Part shown: piece after piece, positions 41,601 through 53,600 of the stretch
How the letters are laid out: every line of letters begins with the position of its first letter
How positions within the stretch are numbered: the first letter of the stretch is position 1
NCBI GenBank assembly: GCA_903813345.2
Contig: CAIIXF020000001.1
Coordinates: 27,528,001-27,592,000 of the forward strand
DNA: 64,000 nt
Direction: 5' to 3'
DNA from: Owenia fusiformis
Taxonomy: Eukaryota
Position numbers and translations under genes: made by a program
The notes under the pieces: generated by a model
Database searches by the model: none
What the model was told of the DNA's origin: nothing
What the model saw: the letters and a program-made list of their open reading frames with translations, nothing else

Positions 41601-44600
41601 TATATTATTTCTGCTAAAAGCCTTGAGGACCAGATGATCCAGATTAAAATAAGACTGTGTTTATGCATCTTTTTTTTTATTAATTTCATATTTTACTCGG
41701 CATTGTCCTAGCATCATGATTGTTGATTTAAATGCATATTTAGTCGGAATAACCGCATGAATCAGCAACTAAGATTTAATTTTGCTTATATCCTGAAAAC
41801 CTCGCTTTATTTCAATCCCCAGCTTTTGGAAACCTGGCTCTAGGAGAAGCCCCCTCACAGATATGAAATATGTCGCCTATGGCTTTGTATACCTGCAAGA
41901 CATGCTTGATCATGGCTATGCACAGGAGCTGAATAAAATGGAAGAAAAGGTTGGGGTGTATCTACAACAATTCCCATACCCTTGTTATATTTATGATACG
42001 TAAGTGGCTTCACCTGGACAGTCAATTTTGTTTTATTACAAATATGTGTTTTATGTATTTAAAATGTTAATGAAGCAGTACAGTTATGCATGCTATTAGT
42101 ATTCTGATGCATGTTGCATTTAATTTTGAATGTATTTTTGAAAAATAACATTTAACTGACATTAGATTTTAACAATTATGTATACAAAATTAATCGAATT
42201 CTATACTTAATAAATGGTATTTATATCTGATGTTAACTCTCTATACTAACAAATATTTCAAAAATAGGAATGCAAAACTGTATTTGTCTTGTAGTTTTAC
42301 CCGGGCAATATCAAGAAGTCTGCCACTATTCATGGTGCTGGCTTGGATCTACTCAGTGTCGATGATAGTGAAGGGGATAGTGTACGAGAAAGAGAAGAGG
42401 TTGAAGGAGGTGATGAAGATGATGGGATTAACCAATGGGATCCACTGGCTGGCATGGTTTATCACCTGCTTCATTATGATGTTCATCACTGTCATATTGC
42501 TTGTAGTCGTCCTATCAGTAAGTACTGTTTGACGCTATTTACCATATCTAGAGATGGGGCAGTGATTATCCCAGTTGAGTTTATCACTGTCATCATGCTT
42601 ATAGTTTTCCTTTGTTAATGAATGAGTAACTGTTTGCGACTATTTATTATGTGGCAGTGATTTTCCCAGCATTAGGGCAACTGGGAACTGCGCCTTGTTG
42701 AAATTCACATGTCACTCTGTTGAAAAATTTTTGTTTCCTGTCCGAGGATGAAATATTGTTGAAATATTTTTAAACAGAATCGATAAAAATTGTACTCTGA
42801 ACCTGTTGAGAAAAAATTGAGGTGATTTCTGATATGAGAGATGAAGCACAGTGTATCTCAATACCTCAATGTTACCCAGTCAATAATCAAATTTTGGAGG
42901 AAATCCTAATGAATATTTGACTAAAAGGTTTCATGTCAACAATATTTCCCTATTAAATATTTATTTGTCAACCTTTATTCCAGGTGGGTAAAGTTCTGGC
43001 CCATTCTGACCCAAGTGTGCTCCTCGTGTTCATGATCTGCTTCACCACAGCCACCATCATGCAGTGTTTCCTCATCAGCGTTCTCTTCAGCAGGGCCAAC
43101 TTGGCTGCTGCCTGTGGGGCTATCATATACTTTGTCCTTTACTTGCCCTACACTATCATGTTGAGGTGGGAGGAGGACCTCACTGTCACTGCAAAGAACT
43201 TAGCTGTAAGTTGATTCCCTAATTAACCTACACTATTTAACCATGAATATCTTAGAATAATATATATACTATGTGAATGTCTTGTTTATTAAACAACACT
43301 ATTTATGAGAATTAATCTTCTACATAAGCATTTGTCTATATATGAATGTTCATACCAGAATGCTCTAACCCAGTTGTGTTTTGGTGATGTAGGGTTTGTC
43401 ATCAACTGTGGCATTCAGCTGGGGAACCAACTATTTGTCTCGCTATGAGGAGCAGGGAGTAGGGGCCCAATGGAGCAACATTTGGAAGAGCCCTATCCCC
43501 AGTGACAACTACAACCTGGTTATGTGTATGTTAATGCTGTTGATAGATTCTGTGGTCTATATGGTACTTGCCTGGTACATAGAGGCAGTATTCCCAGGTA
43601 TGTGTGGAATATATGTTTATGTTATATATGTGTGGTATGACTGTAGGCCACTTAGCAAAGGACTAGACTCTCTTATAGTTTATGGACATTAAATGATGGA
43701 TTATGAACCCTGATTTAATTTTTACGAGATATAGATATATGACCATGCCCCATATTTAGGTATACAAGCATTTATATCATATATGGCTAAATGAGACCTA
43801 AATCAGATATAAGCAGACCCTTGATCCAAATGGTGAACTTGAATTTCATAGATAGAATGATAAACTTGTATGTTTCAGGTGAATTTGGTGTTCCAAAGCC
43901 TTTCTACTTTCCATTCACAAAGTCCTACTGGTGTGGCCATAGCTACAGGGCAGAGGATAGGGAAGCAAACAATACGTACAATGTCGACCATACGTTTGAG
44001 ATGAATGATAATCAAAGAGGTATTATGCATAGGATCTCACAAATTGAAACATATGTGAAGATCTTTTGTGTTCATTTTCATAAGTATTGAATCATTTCTT
44101 CAAAATAAAAATCATATTTAACTCCTCCAATGAAATAACCCTTTGACATGCATTTCATTTTTAGGGTCTGAAGAATTTGAAGCTGAGCCAAGAGATAAAA
44201 AACTGGGTGTTGCCATTAAGGGTTTGAAAAAGGTGTATAGTAGAGGCAAGAAGCTTGCAGTGAATCAACTCTCTATAAACTTCTATGAGGATCATATCAC
44301 ATCATTTCTGGGCCATAATGGAGCTGGGAAGACAACAACCATGTAAGAATACGTATGAATAATATAGAGGAGCAGTCATATAGCTAGCAACTTAGAGAAT
44401 ATTGAAACTTGAAACTGAATATTATGGATCTTGTTGATATTGCTTGTAATGTAAACCAAGGGTCACATGACTTATCGAAAGACCTCCATCCACCTCAACC
44501 CTCATTAATTTAACACATTTAAAGATATTTTAGTTGGATGAACACTTCTAAACATTGAAAATAAACAGCAATTAATGCTATGAACTATCACTTATGAATT

Positions 44601-47600
44601 ATTGATTATCCATACTGTTAAACTGCTTTTACTTGTAATGAAAACCGTCATGTTGAAAATTTTGCATTTGTTTCCAGGTCTATTCTGACTGGTCTGTTTC
44701 CACCAACAGAGGGCACTGCTTACATCTACGACAAGGATATTCGCTTAGACATGGATGAGATTCGACAAAGTCTTGGAATGTGCCCCCAATATAATGTCCT
44801 GTTTGACTGGTAATGTTTCATTATTAACCATTTCAGACTGAATTTTTAAAAACAACTAATTTTGATGTTCTCAATTTGTGGGTGTTTGATAATTTGACAA
44901 ATTCTCTTATATCTCTGGATTGATGGTCTTTTTGGCTTATTATGTATTGTCTGTTCAGAATGTTTTGCAGGTTTTCTATACATGAAAATCTAATAGGGTA
45001 TTGCATTGTAGGTAAATACCTTATTTCTAATCAGGCAACGTGATATAGTGGATTGTTAAGCTGATTGATTAATCTGTGATTTTTAGCCTGACTGTTGAGG
45101 AACATTTGTGGTTCTATGCCAGCCTGAAAGGTATGGATACAAAGACAATACAGCCTGAGCTGGAGAAGATGGTTGTAGATATAGGACTACCACATAAAGT
45201 CAAAGAAGAATCCAAGAATCTTTCAGGTTTGTATCTTAAGTGTATTGTCCCATTGATTTGAGATATATAAAGATGATGTTTCAAGCAGATTCCAATTTGA
45301 GAGTCTATTTATTTTATTTTTTATTCAGACATCTTGTTCTATTTCATCTTTAGAATTTCAACTTCTGAATATATTGTTTCTTCATAAAAATATGTTTCAC
45401 TTGAGCCAATATTGCAAATAGAAAATAAGAATGTCAAATTGATATTTCCAAACTTGTATAATTTTACTGTTTCCTGTCTTGAAATGTTCCCGATTTACAG
45501 ATGAAAGTTAATATGTTGTATTTGTCTAGGGGGTATGAAAAGGAAACTGTCTGTTGGTATAGCATTTGTTGGTGGCTCTAAGACCGTGATTCTGGATGAG
45601 CCAACTGCAGGGGTGGACCCATATGCCAGGAGACAGATTTGGGAGCTGCTGCTCAAGTATAGGAAAGGTACAATTTAGATCATTCAGTTGTCTTATCCTA
45701 TTATTGCAGAGCTGAAATTATGTATGATTAAATTCATTTTTAAAATTGCGGCAGATGTAGTTCATCCTAGTTTTTTTGACATTCATGTAGAATGTTGATA
45801 ATTGCATGTAGTGATGTTTTGTTCTAGGGCGAACAATTTTGTTGTCAACACATTTCATGGATGAAGCAGATATCTTGGGGGACAGGATAGCGATTATATC
45901 CCAGGGAAAGCTGAAATGCTGTGGATCCAGTTTGTTTCTTAAGGTAAGAAACTGGGCGTGTAAGGCAAATATCTATATCTGCAATGTTGATGTGGAAAAG
46001 GCAGTCAGCTCCATAGCTCAGTGGTAGAACACTCATCCGGCAAGGGAGGGGTGGTGTGTTCAATCCCAACTAGGGTGAACTGTCTTTTTCACATCAGCCC
46101 TCAGCGCAGAATTTCATTCTGTGTTTTCAAAACATTTCATCAACAAATTAAAATCCAAGATTCCAAAAAGACTTCCAAAAAATCAATATCAAATAATGAT
46201 CATATTCTGAACACATGTTACATTTACTTCACTTATAGAGTCGTTATGGGAGTGGCTACTATCTGACAATGGTGAAAGGTGTGCAGCCAGCATACAATAC
46301 TGGACCCGAGACTGAAAAGAAACCTGATACAGATGAAGCAATAAGACCTGGCAGTTCTCTCAGTGCAGCAACCATCAAAGAAATACATGTAAGTTAAACT
46401 TGATGTATTGCTTTCATAGAGAAAATGCTCTTAACTTTTGAAAAGTTCTGTTCAGTTAAGTTAGCATTTTAAGAAGATTGATCATAAGAGACTGAAATAT
46501 ACATATTATTTGATATGAATGAGTTTAAGAGCATTTTTTATGGTACAGAAGTAGTTTACTTGTTTGCATTTACATTAATTCATCAGTATATTTTTATAAT
46601 TCTGTAGGCTGAGCTAGATGGGGCATCTGAGGTTGATGAGGGAGTGGCAGATGTTGATAAGTCTGATACAGCATCCAGTAGAGACACCCCTCCTGCTAGT
46701 GAAACCAATGAAGGTATGTAACAGACAGGATCATCAATTCATTAAGGTCTGGTTTAGAATCTATGGAAATTGGAGACCAAATTTGAAAGGTCTCATATTA
46801 TGATATTTGTTATAAATCTTTGTATTGCAGTTGAGGCTTCCTATCTGAATATACAAGTATGATATAATCTCAATGTTTCCACATTTTCAAGATTTTCTAA
46901 GTCCAATAGATGTTAATACCTGAAATTACTCTTAGCAAAACTGTACCATAATGTACAGGGTGTTAAAAAAAACGCAACCCAAAGAAATCGCTATATCTTG
47001 GAAAATACTAGTCCAATTGTGTTCATTTTTTCAGGAAGGAAAGAAGAGACTGTGTATGTATAGCTCATGTTATTAGTTAGTTGTAAAACATGATGCCTTG
47101 GACAAATGCTCAAAAGACATTAGTATTGGAAAGATACGAAAAACGCAGTCAGAGACTACTGCCACAGCAATAAAACCAAATAACTTTCTTACCATAGTGT
47201 TTTAGCTATTCAAATTTGGCACAAATCATCTTCATTCAATGTATGATAAATCTGTAGAGTGAAATCAAAATCACTCCAGGGACTTTACAGTTTTGGTTGA
47301 AATGCTTTCAAAACCCAGTCAAACACCCTGGTTCAGTCAGACTTAAGAAGGCATTTTGACCATGACTGTAAAGTCCCTGGAGTGATTTTAATGAAACTCC
47401 CCCAATTCACTACAAATTATATGAAGATAATTTGTGGTGAATCTGAAGTGCCAAAACACCATGGTTAGAAAGTTATTAGGGTTTATTGCTCTGGCAGTCA
47501 CCTCTGGTTGCGTTTTTCGTATCTTTCCAATACTAATGTCTTTTGAGAAGGTGTCCAAGGCATTATGTTTTACAACTAACTAACAGCAGGAGCTATACAC

Positions 47601-50600
47601 ACATAGTCTCTTCTTTCTTTCCTGAAAAAATGAACACAATTGGATAAGTATTTTCCAAGATATAGCGTTTTCTTTGGGTTGCGTTTTTTTTTGAACACCC
47701 TGTGAGTACTAATTCTTACATTTCAGTGCTGACTCCATGTGATGATGACAAAGTAACAGAGTTTGTAGAACGCTATATTCCTGATGCTGTACTGGTAGAG
47801 AATATCGGCACAGAGCTCTGCTACCAGCTCTCCAGTGATGGCGCCAGTGACGGCTCCTTTGAGAGACTTTTCAGGGGCTTAGATAAGAACATGGCTGACC
47901 TTGGGGTGTCCACTTATGGTGTATCAGATACTACACTAGAGGAGGTATGTACCCATAAGGCTATTTTTTTTTGTTACCACAATGGGCTACTTTTTTATTG
48001 TATCTCTATTAAATTAATACCTGACAGAAATACATCCAAGAACTGAAACCACGTGAAAATCACTGAATTAACTAATGAGAACATTCTCAAAATATTTTAT
48101 CGATTATGAAATGTGTTTCTTTGTCATCTCTGAGTTCATAAGATGGCTGCCTTTTTGATTATTAAGTAAACGATCAATAAGATATTATTGCAATTCAAGG
48201 TGTTCTTGAAAGTGGCTGATGAATCTGAGAATGGAGAGCTGACAGATGAGACAAGACGTAGTACACTGGACATTATGACAGAAGGTAGATATTCTCATCA
48301 TTCTACAAAATAGGTTTATGATTTTAGATCATTGATATGATATAGTCAAAGTCACTCACCATTTCTGCTCTTCTTGAAATGTTGGCAACAATTTTAAGAA
48401 TATCATGTGAACTGCACAGTATATATCTGATAGTAATTTACAGAGGGTATACCTGTCTATTCAACCTATCAATTACATAATAATTAGTTGCCCCAAACTG
48501 AAATATTTTATTATCTGCTGGTCAATAATTTGTCCCTTTTCAACATTCAGTGAAAAACTTTCAATTCACAGGTATCATAGATGGACATTTATTACATAAC
48601 ATTTGAAGGGATGAACTTAATTTCTGCATGAGTATATTTGTACTCACAGTACATCATCTATTAAATGCCTATATTTCCCCAGGTAGAAGGAATGCCATAG
48701 CAAGATTTAGGAACTACAGGCAGATAGGACATGTTAACAAAGCATTTGTGACAGATGATCACATGACTGTAGATGATGGTGATTTACATAATAGTCCCAC
48801 ATTTAACCCCTAAACACCACAGCATATATATTACTTAAGTTGTACACATTATAAGCATTAAGCCCTCTTATATGGAAATCCCCAAAATGTCTAAAACTGA
48901 CCTGATCTGTCGGTTATTTTTATTCAAGCTTTTGTGATGGACTGTACACAACCCTGTCATGGGCGTAGCGCTATTTTTATGAGTAGTACGCCACAAAGGG
49001 AATACAATGTGAGCAAGCGTTCATGGGATCTGGGGTTGTCCCCCCAGAATATTTTGAAGTGTATTTGCAACCATCTGGTATGCATGGTACTGAGCGCTAC
49101 GCCCATATATAGTATATTTTAGGTAAATTGTAAGCTGTGACCCCCTTTCACTAGTTCCATATAAGCAGCACACCACCAACCAATCCCATCTCACTTGTAC
49201 TTTAGGAATTGCAGATCACCTTATTTCATTCTTTATTTTCCCCTGCACATTTATTCAGCTACATAGGTATTGCTTATTTTTCTCCCAATAGGTGGCAGGT
49301 ATCCAAGACCAATCTCCCGACTGAGCTTTCGAAGCAAATGCCGGAGCTTCTTCGGCAAGAATGGCAAGATTGATTCAAAAGGCTTGCTGAGCAGTAACCC
49401 ATACTTAGATGATTCAGGTCTGTTACTTAGTGTACTCTCTCATTTTTTAAATATTCAATGATTCTCAATATAATTTTGGATCCTTAAGCCATTTTCAAAA
49501 TGTATGCTATGAAATGTAAGCCTATTTTGAGTTTGATTGTTGAATTATTGTTGAATTGAACCACCTCTAGAAGCCAATTGAACTACAGTTAGGTACAAAA
49601 ACTACTATTTCAATGTGTGGTAGGGGGTAAGACATTGCTTTTCCCTTGCACAATATTACAATCTTTAGTTAAGATTTTAGTGTAAACATGTTTTGTTGCA
49701 TATTTATAGTTGGAAATATAAGTTAGATATTCTACATTTAAGAATTTCTACATTTTATATCCTAAATTGGGAATTCTCCCAATATAGATGTTAATACCAT
49801 CATAATTTTCTCATGCTAGGTTAATTTTTTACCATTGTATCATCAATCAAACAAAAAATATTTTTTGTATTGAGATTTATTCATTTTTCTGTTGTTATTA
49901 TTTCAGTGTCTATTGGAGGTCAGTCTGTTGACAGAGGTACACTTTTTATTTACTTTTAGATTTTTTATTTCTAATTTTTCATTATCTTTTATAATTCATC
50001 ATATTTATTATTTCTTTAGAAACCTCATTCTGTTGTTAGAGATAAAAGCACTTAAAAACATTGACATTTAGTTCAAGATCAATCAGCTCCTCTGTTATTT
50101 TTGCAAGGAATCGTGGACTCTTCTATTATTTTGCAGCCTCAACATCAGTTGATATCGGCTCTGAAGTTGAAAACTGCAATGGTACAGGTTCATACAAGAT
50201 CTCAGGATTCCCCTTGATTCGTAGACAGTTTGTTGCCCTGTTCATCAAACGTTTCCATCATGTTAGAAAGAGCAGGAAGGGTTTTGTTAGTGAGGTGAGG
50301 AAAAACTGGTAGTTGATTGGATAAAAAGATGAAGGATTAATGAATAAATTCAAAATATAAATCTTAGTATCCTTACTAAACTGGACGAGAGAGAATAGTT
50401 TGTATTTGTAATTCCAATGGTTAGCGAATTTAAATGAACCCATTTATCCTTTCTTGAGAATTCTGCCAGTTCAACCAATCTGAGAATGTAACACCATGGT
50501 TACTTGATTAGTGGGTCATCCAGTCCACCTATATGCAAAATTATGTCTCCACCAGAAGTGTTGACGTATTGTTATCGTTTCCATCTTATTTGTGGATGGT

Positions 50601-53600
50601 GTTCGGCGGTCAGAGTTGGCAGTCACTGTTTGGCAGGTGGCATCTGGTGTCTGTTATAAATGGCAGGTCGATGAAGTTTTGCATGTTAAAGCCTTTTATA
50701 TTAATAAATTGAACAGAATGCCGATTTCCACCCTCCTTACATGACCTTCTGATTCTATTCCAGATTCTCCTCCCTGCAGGGTTTGTTTGTCTAGCTTTGT
50801 TAATTGCTAGTATTATTCCACCGTATGAACAAGACCCACCCCTTGAGCTTCATCCCTGGCAGTACAGCAACGTGAAAGGCAAACAGGACCAACAACTCTT
50901 TACATTCTACAGGTACTGAAGTTATCTTAATTTGGGTTTATTAACCAATCATTAATCAGGTAGTAGTAGGTTCTCTTAATTTATTCACCAATTGGTTCAT
51001 TCACCAGTTGATGTTGTGTATTATAGGGATGTAAGCAACATATTTTCCAGAGAACTTGAACGTGAACAAAATGATGTTTATTATTTCAGCAATGATGCCC
51101 CAGATAACAAGTATGCTGCAAGGTTTGAAGAGTTAATGCATACTGGTCCTGGACCTGGCACAAGATGTATGAACTCATCCATCTATGAAATAAGGTACTT
51201 AAATCTAATTAATCTAATCTAATTACATGTAAAACTTAACATGCATGCATTAGCCATAAAGAGCTACTTGTATTGTTCTGTTGAATTAAACCAGTTGACA
51301 GTTTTCTTGTAAGTTGAAAGAGGAATCAATTAATATGAATAATTTTTTGAAATTAAATTATATTGATCTTTTCAGTGGTTTCCCATGTCAGAACCAGTAT
51401 GCAAATAGCAAATGGTCTCCTATCCCAGAATACAATGCAAATATGACGTCTGACTGTGACTGCAGTACAGGACGCCAGGAATGTCCAGCTGGAGCAGAGG
51501 GACCTGAACCACCATATAAAACTTTGCAGACAACAGACTTCCTGTATAATATGACAATGAGAAACATTTCTGATTGGATAAGGAAAACAAGATGGGATGA
51601 TCAGTATTTTCAGAAGAGGTAAAAACTTGATGTTTTGGATAAGAAGAGCAAATTAATACTTTTGCCGAAACTTTCTTAAGAAATGTCTTTTTACTGAATT
51701 AAAAATGCATACCATATCATGGTACTCTTTTTAATATACCTGTTCATGTACCTAATTTTCGCCTTTACATTAAAAATGATACAATAAAGATTTTACATGA
51801 TAGGAGTGTCTTGAAAGCATCATTATATATCACTGAATTCAAACGTTATACTCAGGTATGGTGGGTTTTCATTTGGTGAGGTCAACCAGGATGTCAATGT
51901 GAATGTGACAGGAGTGAATAATCTACTACAGAGGATCTACAAGGAGTTCAATGACAGGGACATCCCAGGGTTACAGTTCAATGTCTCACAGAACATCACA
52001 GAGGACTTTGAAAATCTACTTAATGATTTGTATACGAGGAATAATGCAAAGGTAGGTCTTAGTAGTGCTCTTCGCTTTAATAACATGTACATTGAAGGAT
52101 GAGTGAAACATTCTGTTCAATATTACATGTATCAGGCATAATGTACTATATACTAATGTACTATTTTTCACTTGATCCCTTCCATATTGAAGCATATAGA
52201 ATTGGATGGAATGAAGAATGCAAAAGTTCACAGTTGTGTCTATAATTTTGATAAGCCTTTTTCTTATATCTATACCAGGTGTGGTTCAACAACAAAGGTT
52301 GGGCATCTATGCCTATCTACATGAACGTAATGAACAACATGATCCTACGTGCCAACCTCCCTGCCAGTGAAGACCCCCATAACTATGGTATCACTACATA
52401 CAGCTTCCCTGTCAATCTCACCAAGTCACAACTTGATGATAAATTATTGTAAGTACTGCTAGTACATTTGTACTTGATTCAAGTTATTCAACCAATACAT
52501 GGCCTTCCAATTGATGTTCATTGGCATTTGCATCGCCATAATTGTCCACTACACCCTATTCAGATGCAGTCTATTTTTCTAGTTTTCTTCTTATTTAATT
52601 TTCCCCTATAGTCATTACATGCATGTATTTTATGGGTTTCATTAGTATTTTTAATAATAGAATAACAATAGGTAAAATATTGAAAATTGTAATTTTAGTA
52701 TGAAAACAGTTGCAAAATTCGCATGTCGACTTCAATCCTAATTTAATAATTTTGTCCATTTTCTTTCCAGGGACTCATCTGTGATAGATGTCTTAATTGC
52801 GATCTGTGTAATCTTCGCGCTGTCCTTCATTCCTGCCAGTTTTGTCATCTACCTCATTGAAGAGAGGACGTCTAACTCGAAACACCTCCAGTTCGTCAGT
52901 GGAGTGAATCCTGTTATCTATTGGTTATCAAACTTTGCCTGGGATATGGTGAGTCCATCTCTTGTTTAATCGTATTTATTTCTAATTAGGGTGCAAAATG
53001 TTAGACATATTTAGGGTGCAACATATTTTTAGTGTCAGCTAGAAACATTACGATACTGCAACAAGTCATAGGGAAACACACCTCAGGGTTCCAATAGATA
53101 CCATTATTCCATAATACTACTGTTTTCACAGGGAAATATGAAGAAATAAAAATCGTATTGAATCGTATTACATGAAAAAATCGTATTGTCCTCGGGAAAA
53201 ATCGTATTGGAGCGTATTACATGTAAAAATCGTATTGTCCCTGGGAAAAAATCGTATTGGAGCATATTAACCTATTCTTAGTTTCCCGGTTATTTTTTCC
53301 CCGTTATTTACATTATCCAAATGTAACATTTTAGACGGATATTTTATGGAATAAATAGGTTATTTCTGGTCGGGATTGAATATGGGTTTTATTCCTCGGA
53401 AAATATGACCTTGGTCAATATCATATTACCCTTCGGTCAATATCATATTGTCCCTTGGAATAAAACCCTGGTTTTAATATTCAATCCTTCCCAGTAAATA
53501 ACCTGTATTTCTTGTTTAATATTAAATATATATATTTCAGTTGAACTATGCCATCCCTGCCATTCTTGTGATATTGATATTCCTGGCATTTAACCAGAAG

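Noticed and set aside
46008-46078. Functional tRNA gene
   Set aside because: The acceptor, anticodon and T stems are mismatched; it is kept only as a tRNA-like element.
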